Below the pieces are notes generated by a model. That model was given only the letters and a program-made list of their open reading frames with translations. It did no database searches and was not told the origin of the DNA. 64,000 nt of DNA, taken from Octopus bimaculoides. Its lineage: Eukaryota. The stretch covers positions 32,501,995 to 32,565,994 of the forward strand of contig NC_068985.1 of assembly GCF_001194135.2 (NCBI RefSeq), in the 5' to 3' direction. Positions 28,747 to 40,281 of this stretch are shown piece by piece. The first letter of the stretch is position 1. The number at the start of each line of letters is the position of its first letter. The position numbers and the translations under genes are program-made.

Positions 28747-29028
28747 TTAAAACGATTCCAAACCTACAAATACCTTTTACAGTCAAAATTGAGTTCTTAC
28801 AAAACAGAAGTTGAATCCTCATTAGTTGAAACTATTATTGGAGAAGATGATGAGACTGCAGATGATTGTGGAGATCGTTGTAGCCCTTCAAATGCAACAA
28901 TGTCGGTTGTCAGTGGAGCAAGCAGCAGCAACAAGAACATGAAACCAGTGCAGCGCAGTCTGTCTGATAGGTACAGTTACCGTGCTGCCATCTATCGTTC
29001 AGAGCATTTGGATTATGACCTTGTATGA
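28747..29028 (+). CDS. PSD: PSD/EFA6 terminal coding exon (LKRFQTYKYLLQ...YRAAIYRSEHLDYDLV*)
   Basis: tttcag acceptor after a T-rich tract. Continues the coiled coil (E-LKRF.TY). TGA stop at 29026-29028. Confidence 0.93.
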   Translation, partial: LKRFQTYKYLLQSKLSSYKTEVESSLVETIIGEDDETADDCGDRCSPSNATMSVVSGASSSNKNMKPVQRSLSDRYSYRAAIYRSEHLDYDLV

Positions 29029-29772
29029 CCCAGGTGTTAGCTTGTCTTCTGATGGAGGGTGCTAAGCTAAAGGGGCAGGAAGGGGGAATGCACTTCATTA
29101 GCCATTTGATGGGTGTGGTAAGCCACTAGAGATGTATAGTAAAGATGTAATGGAATTCTCAGCCAACTTTGATAACATTTTTTTTTTTTTAAATTTATAC
29201 TTTTCAGTCATCCCTTGCTTCCTTTCTCCATTGTTTCCTTGGTTTGCTTCTTGGTGAGGGTGCTTTACTCTTAATTCTGGCTTAGTAACTTACTCCTAAA
29301 CTCTGGATTAGTAACAACTTAAATAATTCATTACTTTTAGAATACAATCATGTTCCAATTCATTAAACATTTTAACCTATTTTATGTGTATGTGCAGGCA
29401 TGCATATGCACACCAGCATTTACATGTATATAAGATAAGAGGATTACATAATTAAAAAAATTTTTATTTGTAAGAATTTTCTAATAGATTTTAAACAGAA
29501 TGAGGTTTGATTAAATTTAATTGTCGAACTTTTAAACCGAGTGTTATTTGTTCTTCAACCTGGTTGTTATGACAGTAGTTGTACCAATTATAATAACTGA
29601 ACTAAATTATGGCTTATTGGAAATTATTCACTAGTGTATTTAGAAAATATTTCTACTATTCTTAACAATCCCACCTAGCATGTGCTATTGAGAATCTCAT
29701 GATTAACATTTGATGTTTATTGGATGGAAATAGTAAAATATGTTTTGGAATATATCTATCTACCTATATATA

Positions 29773-29819
<47 letters not shown>

Positions 29820-30404
29820 TTTTCATTTAAAGTATCTTTATTGGCCAGCTTACTTGCTCCCTCTTAAGACTAGTCATGTGGAACTTAGTCTGGACAAAGT
29901 TATGAATGGTGGACAGATTTATTCAATTCACATTTGGCTAGTTTTGTCATTTAGATTATATCATAAGTGGAAGAACTGGAGGCCAGGCCATTGTTGTCTC
30001 TTGCTGTTGAAGTGTAGGTTCGAATGAAATTGATGAGCCTAAAAAATTTTAGTATTTCCTTACCTTTCAAATATGTACATTCATCAGTGCCTTCGGTTCT
30101 CATAGTACTCTGGCCCTTTCATATACGATCGTATTTTTATTTCTATTCAGCAGGATTATTTTACATTCTGCTGCTATCTTGGAAAGTTGTGCCAAATATT
30201 TCCTTCTGCTATAATGTAAAATATAACACCCTATATTTCCCCACTCATCTAACAGGGTTTTGGTGATCATGATTCAATTTCAGATGTAAGTGCTGCTGTG
30301 CTGATTGTATTTTTTTTTCTCTCTTGCAGTATCTGCAATTGAGCCAGATTTTTGAGAAGTGATTTTGAAGGGTAACATTTTTGTCACACTTCATCTGTGC
30401 AAAA

Positions 30405-30406
<2 letters not shown>

Positions 30407-30453
<47 letters not shown>

Positions 30454-30460
30454 TATATGC

Positions 30461-30492
<32 letters not shown>

Positions 30493-30544
30493 ATATATAT
30501 GTATGTATGTATGTATATAAATGTGTGTGTGTGTGTTTATATAT

Positions 30545-30584
<40 letters not shown>

Positions 30585-30670
30585 GTATGTATGTGTGTGT
30601 ATATATATATGTATATCTATATATATGTATGTGTATATATATATATCTATATATATGGTGTGTGTGTGTG

Positions 30671-30703
<33 letters not shown>

Positions 30704-30705
30704 TG
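30407..30705. repeat. Compound (TA)n/(TG)n/(TATG)n microsatellite, about 300 bp
   Basis: Seen directly; source of the spurious YIYI and VCVC ORFs. Confidence 0.95.
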
Positions 30706-32380
30706 TGATAAATACAGATTGAGAATTGAATTGTGCTCAAACTATTTTGTAAATCATTGATGCGTAAATACATTTAACTATTTTCTTGTAATCTTGCTCT
30801 GCTCTTCAGTTGTTTGCATTTTGAGTCATTATAAATTAAATTATTGTGACTTTAGTAATTTTCTTAGCTACTTTTTATAAATGGATATTATGTTAATATT
30901 TTGTGTTTATTTTCAGTTCTTCAAATAATATATTCAGATTGTATAATTTAGATAACATTATAATTGTCATATTTGAAATATGGCAGATATTTCTGAATGT
31001 AAAAACATTGCCTCAATTTTTATGAGGCCTTATAAATGCATTTTTACTGTGACATTTTCCTCATGGGTTTTGCTTATTTATCATTCCATTATAATTTTAA
31101 TTTTTATCAGCTATTAATCATTTCAGAAGTTCTGTTGACTGAGTGATTCTCTGCAGCCCTTTTTCTATAAACTCTTTAACCAATGTTTTACAAGACGGGA
31201 GTATTTTTCAAACTCCAGTGGCTCTCTGTACTGAAACTGTTAGCTAATGCAATGCATTTTCTCTTCAATCGCTTCTGATGATTATACACTACTGGAACAA
31301 ATCTATGGTGGAAATTTAGCTAATGTTTTTAATGATATCTTGCTGTTGCCGCTATTACTATCAACATTACAATCTGATGTCCTCTGAGCTTCCATACTTC
31401 AAATATCTTTTACTTAAAAAGAAAGGTTGAGGTGAAGAGAAGAAACTTTTCCCTCTTGAATTCTCAGTTCATTGACATCTTTTCCCTTTCTTTGAATTAC
31501 TGTTTGGTGTTTTACCTGAGACAGTTAATACTTGTTTGGGTGAAAGCTGTATTGAGCAGTTATTGTGATAAGTACCTTTTACTGTAGGGTTGTTTTCAGT
31601 CTTTAAATTTTTTTTTTTTTTTCAGATGTAGAGAATTTTAAATTTTGTATTACTTTTGAAGTAATAGATGTTATACAAATTTTTAATTTGTGCTAGAATA
31701 ATTATAATGCATTTTGTGTAATTGAATTGGAACTTTTATTTAAAGTTTAGCAGAAACGTTATCCATTTTATTAAACAGATATTAGTTATTGTTATTAATC
31801 CAAACTATTGAAATTGCAAACCTTATTTAAAAATGCAAAAAGTTCAGAACTTCAAAGTGATATTTCATACCTAGGATTTGCATCATTTCTAATGAAGCCT
31901 GTTATTAACTTCTGGCTTTTCAACTTGCTGTTGTTTAAACAGTTATCAACTACATGAAAAATAATTGCTAGAGTTTGAGAAGACAAGAAGTGGCCTGTAT
32001 CGGCAAAAATTAATTCAGAAAAGTTACATAAAGTTGGGTGTGCTGGTGTGTTGTGGGAAGAAGGAAATCTGGTAAGTTGGGCATAGCCCTTCACTGGTGA
32101 AAGAATAATAGATTTTTATATAACGGTACAAGACTGTGTTTCTTTCACACTCTTCCCTCATGTACACACACGCACATGCAAAACTGTTTGGAAATCATCA
32201 AACTGAACTAGGAATTTGTTTTATAAACTTGTGATATTCCTATAGTTATGCCCAGTTGTTTCCAGTAGCATATACCAATGCTCCACTAAATATCTCCCTC
32301 TAATGGCTGATTTTATCATGCAGCATAGAGGACAATCATCATTTTCTTAGAGAAAAAATACTGTATGTAGGCAATGAACA

Positions 32381-32386
32381 AATAAA
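32381..32386 (+). promoter_or_regulatory. Candidate PSD polyadenylation signal AATAAA
   Basis: First canonical AATAAA I found after the PSD stop, preceded by a TGTA motif. Earlier ATTAAA variants also exist. Confidence 0.4.
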
Positions 32387-33583
32387 ACATACTTCTTGAA
32401 TTTAAAAAGTTTATTATGCCTAATTATATATATATAAACAAATTTTTTGGGGGATGGTTTAACATGTTGTGAAATAAGGCCTGATGTTTACAGAAGAGAA
32501 AAAGGCTGAATCTTTTAACTCTGGGCTCCAAATGTTCAGTGTTGTTTAGCAACACAAAAATTCAGGCTGCAATAACTATTTTTTATGCTACTGAGGAAAG
32601 TAAACTATGACTAGATGACCCCCCCCCCCTTTCTATAAATGAAAATTCACTTATTTTATTTTTTAGAATTTAATGTGTGTTAGTTTTAAGAGTAAATCTT
32701 ACTAATGCTCAATTATAAATTTATCATAGACATTTGTTGTTCATGTTAGTAATTTTGAGATTTCTCCTTTACAACTGATTTGCACAGATTCTGTGCTTTA
32801 TATAAATCGAAAATTAAAATTAATAATTATCATATCAGGAGGAGGATCAAATGGTTTGATAGCATCGACTGTAATAAAGTTAGTCACTTTAATTTTAGAA
32901 CTGGCTACATCAACTCTTTGGTCATTGATGAGTTTCACAAGTCATTAGAAATCCGTTTATTTGTTGATGTTAATGGGCAAGTTTGTATTTTGGCTGTCAA
33001 AATAACACATTGCTTTCACTTTCTGACAAAGCAATCTTTTTCTTTGTACCTAAATGTTTGTACAGTTACCTTCTTAACTGTCACAACAAAGAAACAAAAT
33101 ATGTTAATTCACATAAAACACAAACACACACATACAAACTCCCTCTCTTGCACACCTGCTCACTAAATCATTTGCATGCATTTACACTTAAACTATCAAA
33201 TTTGTGTGTTAGTGTGTGTGGGACAAAGAGAGAAAAATATTTGTTTTAAAGTCTCTTGAAATAGAAGAAAAATATCAGAAGCCAAACTTGCCTGTCCACA
33301 TGTCAAACTTAGTTCACAGCTTCAGAATGTTCATTTAGTTTTAATAAGCATTTTTATGGAGAGGGCTTTTTTAAAAAAATTTATTTATCTCTATTTATTT
33401 ATTTATTTATTTTCCTTTTACTTAATACTATATATTTCTGTTTGGAAATAATATTTTAGAGGCTCGTCTTACATTTGTCTTGTTTTTACTAAATGACTAT
33501 AGGCATTCTTACAAACACCTATATTTGCATATCAAGCTAAATTTCCCATAAAATTAAATGCAATTATTTCATAGATAATAGCC

Positions 33584-33588
<5 letters not shown>

Positions 33589-33620
<32 letters not shown>

Positions 33621-33735
33621 ATATATATATATATATATCACACATACATATACACACGTGTGTATGTATGTGTACATATGCATGTATGTATATGCATGTG
33701 TGTGTGTGTGAATATATATGCTTGTGTGTGTATAA
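33589..33735. repeat. Compound (TG)n/(TA)n/(CA)n microsatellite
   Basis: Seen directly in the sequence. Confidence 0.9.
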
Positions 33736-34124
33736 GAAATATGCAAACATATACATCACACACTATTAATATCATTAGGGTGTTTTTTAATATCTAGAGA
33801 GAAATTATATCCTGTTTGATTCCTGAACATTTGAGATAGCAAAATGAAGAAAATGAAAACATGAATACGAGAAGGTAGGATGGAGAGAGGGAATACAGCT
33901 TTACAAATACCTTTTCCTCTTTTCATTTGTTCTCTAAATTCATTCTCAGTTTCTATTGGTATGAATTGTTGATGTCTTTTTCACTATCATCACCTCCCAT
34001 ATCGATTGTTGTTGGTCCAGACTAGAATATTTCATTATTTTCATAGTTACTGTCTTAGCTCTTTGGCAAACATATAGTGATCAATTTAATCATTGAATTA
34101 TTTTATCTTCTATCTTTTACTTGT

Positions 34125-34496
34125 TTAAGTCATTAGACTGTGGCTATGCTGGGGCACCACCTTAAAGGGTTTAGTCGAACAAATCGACCCTAATATTTTT
34201 TTTGGGGGGGGGGGGTAAAAGAAACTGGCAGTTATTTTATTGGTCTCCTTTTGCCAAACTGCTAAGTTATGGGGGATGTAAATAAATTGACACCAGTTGT
34301 CAAGCAGTGGTGGGGAACAGACACACACACACATATGCAACAGGCTTTCAGTTTCTGTCTATCAAATCCACTCACAAGGCTTTAGTCAACCCAGAGCTAT
34401 AGAAGACAACACTTGCCTATGGAGCCATGCAGTGAGTCTGAACCTGCAACCTGTGGTTGGGAAGCTAACTTCTTACCACACAGCAATGCCTGCACC
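34125..34496 (-). mobile_element. tRNA-derived SINE, family A
   Basis: Reverse-complement match to 27756-28061. Confidence 0.82.
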
Positions 34497-34884
34497 TGTT
34501 GACGAATTTTTATTTTAACAAAGTCATTGAGTCCTCATCCTTGGATTAATATTTTTCTGGTAATAATATCCTGTTTGACATTCCTCTTATGGCTTAAACT
34601 ATAATTATATGTAAGATACTAAACAGCTTAGGGTTTTTCATCCAGATAGTAAATAAATTTATGAAAAATAAAATAATTTTTAAAAAGATGTTCATAATGT
34701 CAGCTTTCAACCACAGAACTAAAATATAGCTTTTAATACTTTGTCATCTAGCTCTTTTATTTGCTCATAAACTTTGAAGACAGTGAGGTTGGTATCATGA
34801 ACATTCCAAAATTAACTCTATATGAATTCTAAGTTATTTTATATAAATAACCAGAGCTATTCACACAATCGTTGCTACCACCCT

Positions 34885-34928
34885 CATCATCATCATCATC
34901 ATCATCATCGTCATCATCATCGATTGGC

Positions 34929-34963
<35 letters not shown>

Positions 34964-35035
34964 CATGCAAGTACACATGTACACACACACACACACACAA
35001 ATAATAATAATAATAATGATAATAACAATAATATA
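34885..35035. repeat. (CAT)n, (TA)n, (CA)n and (AAT)n microsatellite cluster
   Basis: Seen directly; ends at the 10-N gap. Confidence 0.9.
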
Positions 35036-37569
35036 AATTTCNNNNNNNNNNCGCCATCTTCTCTTCTGATTATATTTTCTTTATTTTTGAAAATTTTATT
35101 TTTGTTTATTTATTTTGTATTTCTTTAGTTTTGCTAACCCTCAAATACCTTATTAGTTCTCTTTCTGTCCTTGCAATTTGGCTGCTGATTACTCTTAGTA
35201 ATTTTGAAAACCTAGCAAGAACAGTGCCTCGTGTTCTGTACCCCCATTCATCCCCACCTCTCCTTCTCTCCCTCTCATAACCATAATTACAACCACCACT
35301 TAACTCTCCTTGTTTAATGTGGTGATCCTACAAAATTGTATTGTTTTATTAGTTGTATAAATTCTTTCTTTTACCAATAAACTTCATTTTAAGTTATTAC
35401 TGCTTTGCTTGCTTTTGTCTAACTTTTAATCAAATTAACCTGCTGGCTTAGAAGAGCCTTCTGGTATTTTATTAACCTTGACTTTTAAACCCAGTCACTT
35501 GATTTTTTTATATTTTTTTTTATTTAAGACTAGACAACATTGATACTAGAAAGGAATATATTCAATGACAGTAACCATTCTTTCCTGCTTTACCTATTTT
35601 ATTTAAATATACAACTTATCCTATTAGCAAACTATTCTACCATCTTTGTTTTGATCATGTAAAAGTTACTGATTAGTATTATTCATAAGAAATCAATATT
35701 ATTATAGTAATATAATATTGATCTCTTAATAATTCACAGCAAATTTTTCTTAGCACTATCACACAAAAAATCTTTCATACGACTCAGCTAAGTTGTTATT
35801 TGCAGATCTTCAGTTTCAAAGAGCTATTCTAATATTTGTTACTCATAAGTGACAGAATGTTCAAAAATTTTGACATAAGTTTTTCAATAATTTTTATAAC
35901 ACAAGTAAGATTTCTATTTTTAAAAATACTTTCTCATGTTAAATTTAGTTTTTATTTTCTTTTTCTTTTTCTATATACTCTGAAGTAAATAGCATTACTG
36001 AAAACTTTATCGTAATGTATCCATGCCCCATTCTACTGATGAAAAATCAAGGACGTTTTTGAAATGAAAATTGATGTTCACTATGTAGAGAATCTTATGA
36101 TCTTTCCCTTATGGATATAATCATTTTTCATTTTTTAAAAATCCTACTTTGATAAAACACACATTAAAGAAAAAAAAATAGAGATTGACAACAGGAAGAT
36201 CATCCAACTGTAAAATCCAGTCCTTCTTCCAGTCCATGTTTGTATGGAAAACCTTACATTAAATGAATGAATGGACAAATGCATACACATACTGAAGTAC
36301 AAAACAGAAAAGTTTTATATATTTTTATCTAGTGTTAATATCACTCAGACTAAATAGTTTTAGAATATAAGCATATATTTTAGCTGCACCATTTACAAGA
36401 TACTCTTTTCAAGAGTTTTTTTCAAAATAGGTGCAGAACACAGAATTTATGTCTTTAATGATTAGTTTGTCATTAGATGCACTTAAACAATTTTCAAAAT
36501 ACACCAATAGTCTTTGTTGTTGTCTTAGTTTCTCTAGTTGAACACATGGAAAATACTAACAGTGGTGTTGGGTTTTACTTATTTAGCTTTTAATTTTAGT
36601 TTAATATTTCTCTTATTGCACTCTTTAACATGCACTGATTACTCCTGTTCCTTGAATTAAACAATAGAATAGTTTTTTTTATTTGATCATTGCATTAAAG
36701 ATCTCTCCATAATTTCAGGTGATTTTTCCCCCTTATTTAATCACGACAACATTACATATATATATATATAATATATATATGGTATATACATATATAATAT
36801 AATATATATAATGTATATATAATATGTATAATTTCCCTTACTTTGTTTATTCTCATCTTTGACACCTAGATTTTTCAAAAATTCCTTGATTTGATAAAAG
36901 CTTCTTTTGATAAATGCCTTTTAAATCAAAATGCTTATTTTCTTTCAGGAATGTAATTTTTTGTCATTTTTTTTTTTGTTTCAAATTTTTAAACCATTAT
37001 TTACAATGAACATTTGCTATTGAATTTTAAAAATTAGACTAACTGACTTAAACAAATTATTTAATTCATTAGTTAACAAACGTTTTAAAGAAATCTCTTC
37101 CACTGTTGCACTTTACACATCCTTTGTTTAATGACTCAAAAGATCTGAATCACTGTTCTAAAAGTATTTTTGTGTTTCAAAATGTATGTGAAATTACAAT
37201 TCTGTCTACATATATCTCTGTTCAATTGTAGGTTTCTTTTTATTAGCTTCCTCTCATCATTAGGCTTTGTTTAGGTGAGTAACCAGTGTGTAAACTGCTG
37301 TGACATCCTAGCTTTCTCATCCTTGTGACTAGTCTATTTTGCACTGTTGCTGCATGCTTCCCCAAAGTTCTTACAGTTAACGTTTCTCTTGATTATTTCT
37401 TTTAGTGGCTTCAGTTGGCCTACTTCATTTGGTTTAAGTCTAACAGGATTTATTTTTTCCCAATTTAAAACAAATAATTACAATTTTTTTGCCTTGTTAA
37501 AAGATTGAGTTAATACTTAAAATTGTATACCTTTATTTTTTTTTCTCATGAGTTGATTATTATTTATCA

Positions 37570-37603
<34 letters not shown>

Positions 37604-37605
<2 letters not shown>

Positions 37606-37817
37606 GGCGGCAAGCTAGCAGGATTGTTAGAATGCCAAGTGATATGTTTAGTAGTATTTCGTCTGTCTTAATGTTCTGGGTTCAAATTCCACCAAGGTTG
37701 ACTTTGCCTTTCATCCTTTCAGGGTTGATAAATCAAGTACCAGTGAAACACTGAGGTTGATGTAATCAACTAGCCTCCTCCCTCCAAATTTCAGGCCTTG
37801 TGCCTTTAGTAGAAAGG
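37604..37817 (+). mobile_element. SINE family B, flanked by (ATT)n on both sides
   Basis: aaggcggcaagctagcagg...gttcaaattccaccaaggttgactttgcctttcatcctttc...; other copies at 40081 and 56920. Confidence 0.85.
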
Positions 37818-38327
37818 ATTATTATTATTATTATTGTTATTATTATTATTATATTGTGGTAGAATCAGTGGAGCAGTAGCTGATACGCCTTGCAATATAC
37901 AATTGGAAAGTGGCAGTGAAGATAGCTGACACAAGACAGTAAAGTAAACTATAGTCAGCATCCACTACAGTAGACAATGAAATAGGATATGTAGTTAGCA
38001 TCCAATACAGCAATTTGGCTGCCAGTCCCAATAGGATTGATTCCATCAACTATAATCATCCCTTTCCCCTTCAACATTGGTCTTGTCATTAGTCATTTAC
38101 AAAAGTAACAATGATACTTCAATTAGTCCTACTAAACATACTCCTCTCCCCTTTTTTAGAGGTCCTTATGTCCAACTGAAAATTATATTTTTGGGATTTT
38201 CATAGAATTGAATTTCATATATATATTTATATTTTAAACAAAGTGAAACGTGGATATAATATATGTATGTATGTGTGTATATGTATATATATATGTATAT
38301 ATGTGTATATATATATATATGTATATA

Positions 38328-38427
38328 NNNNNNNNNNNNNNNNNNNNNNNNNNNNNNNNNNNNNNNNNNNNNNNNNNNNNNNNNNNNNNNNNNNNNNNNN
38401 NNNNNNNNNNNNNNNNNNNNNNNNNNN
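38328..38427. other. Assembly gap (100 N)
   Basis: N run. Confidence 1.
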
Positions 38428-39735
38428 CTTAACCACTACGCCATATGCCCATGGACAATTATGGAGTGAATTTTAGGACTTAAAAATCTAATATTTTCCT
38501 ATCCTCCCTTAATACCAGTTCCCATAAGCTACTCATATCTGCTTAGGAGGTTGTTGGGTCCTAGCATATGTGCTGCTTCTTTTAGTTTTCGTATTTTCTA
38601 GTGGTATTCTCTGTCTATTATTTTAACTTCATCCCACAGGGTGAGGTGGTCTCCATTTTTTCATACATGATCAGCTATACCCGATTTATCAATATCTTCT
38701 CGTGTCACAGCTTTGCGATGTTCGTCTACCCTCATTTTGAGGGGGCGGCATCTTTCGCCTTTGTATAACCTACCACAGTTGCATGGGATGGAGTACACAC
38801 AGTCTTTGGTCATATTCTCTTCTATTGGTGGTTGTATTACTCTTAAACACTGTCTTGATGTCATATGGGCTGCATATCTTTTGTATCTTTTCGGAGAGGC
38901 CTTTCACATAGGGTAGACAGATTGTTAGCAGTTTATTGCTTTCATCTCTTTTCTTCATGATTGGAGTGGAAAGTATGTTTTTGGGGTAGTTGTTACTTAA
39001 TAGATTGTTATTGAACTTGATCATTTCTTCGTGGTGTGTATCACAATCGCTACTTATATTCTTGCACGATGTTTTAGGCACCAAGCAATCACTCTCTTTG
39101 CACTGTATGGATGGTGAGAATTGAAGTTTAGGTATTGTCCAGTGAAGGTCAACTTGCGCCTCCTTAAATTAAGGGTAGACGAACATTGCAAAGCTGTGAC
39201 ACGAGGAGATATTGATAAATTGGGTATAGCTGATCTTATATGGAAAAATGGAGACCACCTCCCCCTGTGGGATGAAGTTAAAATAATAGACAGAGAATAC
39301 CACTAGAAAATATGATGACTAAAAGAAGCAGCACATATGCTAAAACACAACAACCTCCTAAGCAGACCAAGTGCAGATATGAATAGCATATGGGAACCGG
39401 TATTAAGGGAGGATAGGAGAATATTAGATTTTTAAGTCCTAAAATTCACTCCATAATTGCCCACGGGCATATGGCATAGTGGTTAAGAGCACGGGCTACT
39501 AAACCCTAGATTCCGAGTTTGATCCCAGGCAGTGACCTGAATAATAATAACAACAACAACAATATTGAAAAATAGCTTAGGAATGAGAACCCAGGTTTGA
39601 AATTTCCCCAAAACACCCGATGAAGGCTAGAGGGTATATCAGCCAAAATGTGTTAACAACAAATGAGATGAGGACAAATATCCGTCAAATGTAAATAAAG
39701 TACATAATTCCTCATCTCTTAAATATAGAACTGTA
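38428..39735 (-). mobile_element. Penelope-like element with inverted duplication
   Basis: - strand LPYVKGLSEKIQKIC (RT C-terminal region) and CVYSIPCNCGRLYKGE.CRPLK.R..EH (GIY-YIG); inverted copy on the + strand at 39157-39487. Confidence 0.88.
39612..39654 (+). ncRNA. Degenerate minimal type I hammerhead ribozyme, probably inactive
   Basis: Stem I aacac/gtgtt, core cCGATGA (for CUGAUGA), stem II ggct/agcc, AAAA in place of GAAA, stem III and cleavage triplet eroded; Penelope context. Confidence 0.55.
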
Positions 39736-40080
39736 TCTTTCAATCAGTCATCATATAAGCTAAACTACATTGACATCGTCTTTACATAAGCATGTGTCAA
39801 ATTGTGAAATTATTTTGAACTCTCTGCACAAGTGCATACTTTTTGTGTCATATATTTTGATTTAACTTGATTGCATCACAAAATCACTTCCGTGATGAAA
39901 GTAGTGATGATGCTTCAGTCAGTTCAATTTGATCACTTTAAAGGAAACTAATTATAGTTTACTTTCAACAATTAAATTGAATTTAACTTTTGATGGTTAA
40001 CCAATTATTTCTCATATGCGAAACCTTATATCTGAAGATTTCACTTTGTTTAAAATATAAACATCATCATTATTATCATT

Positions 40081-40281
40081 AAGATGGTGAGCTGGCAGAA
40101 TCATTAGCACACCAGGCAAAATGCTTAGTGATATTTCTTGTCCTTACATTCCGAGTTCAAATTCCACTGAGGTCAACTTTACATTTCATCCTTTTGGGGG
40201 TCAATAAAATAAGTATCAGTCAAGCACTAGGGTTGATGTAATCAACTTAGTCCCTCCCCTGAAATTACTGCCCTTGTGCCA
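40081..40281 (+). mobile_element. SINE family B
   Basis: Similar to 37604-37817. Confidence 0.82.

Noticed and set aside
30245-30773. Overlapping YIYI/VCVC/HTHT ORFs (also 33532-33797)
   Set aside because: Translations of dinucleotide microsatellites.
31970-32070. Exon-like stretch ending in GTAAGT downstream of the PSD stop
   Set aside because: Weak acceptor, no homology and no compatible downstream exon; more likely 3' UTR.
32780-33166. 128-aa ORF after a good acceptor-like site
   Set aside because: No recognisable domain, runs into a CA microsatellite, no partner exons.
35052-35060. CGCCATCTT (YY1-like, or AAGATGGCG start on the - strand) next to a gap
   Set aside because: A single 9-mer with no supporting ORF or exon visible.
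39465-39540. A functional tRNA gene
   Set aside because: A- and B-box-like motifs are present, but I cannot form an acceptor stem or a clean anticodon arm, and it lies inside a Penelope repeat.
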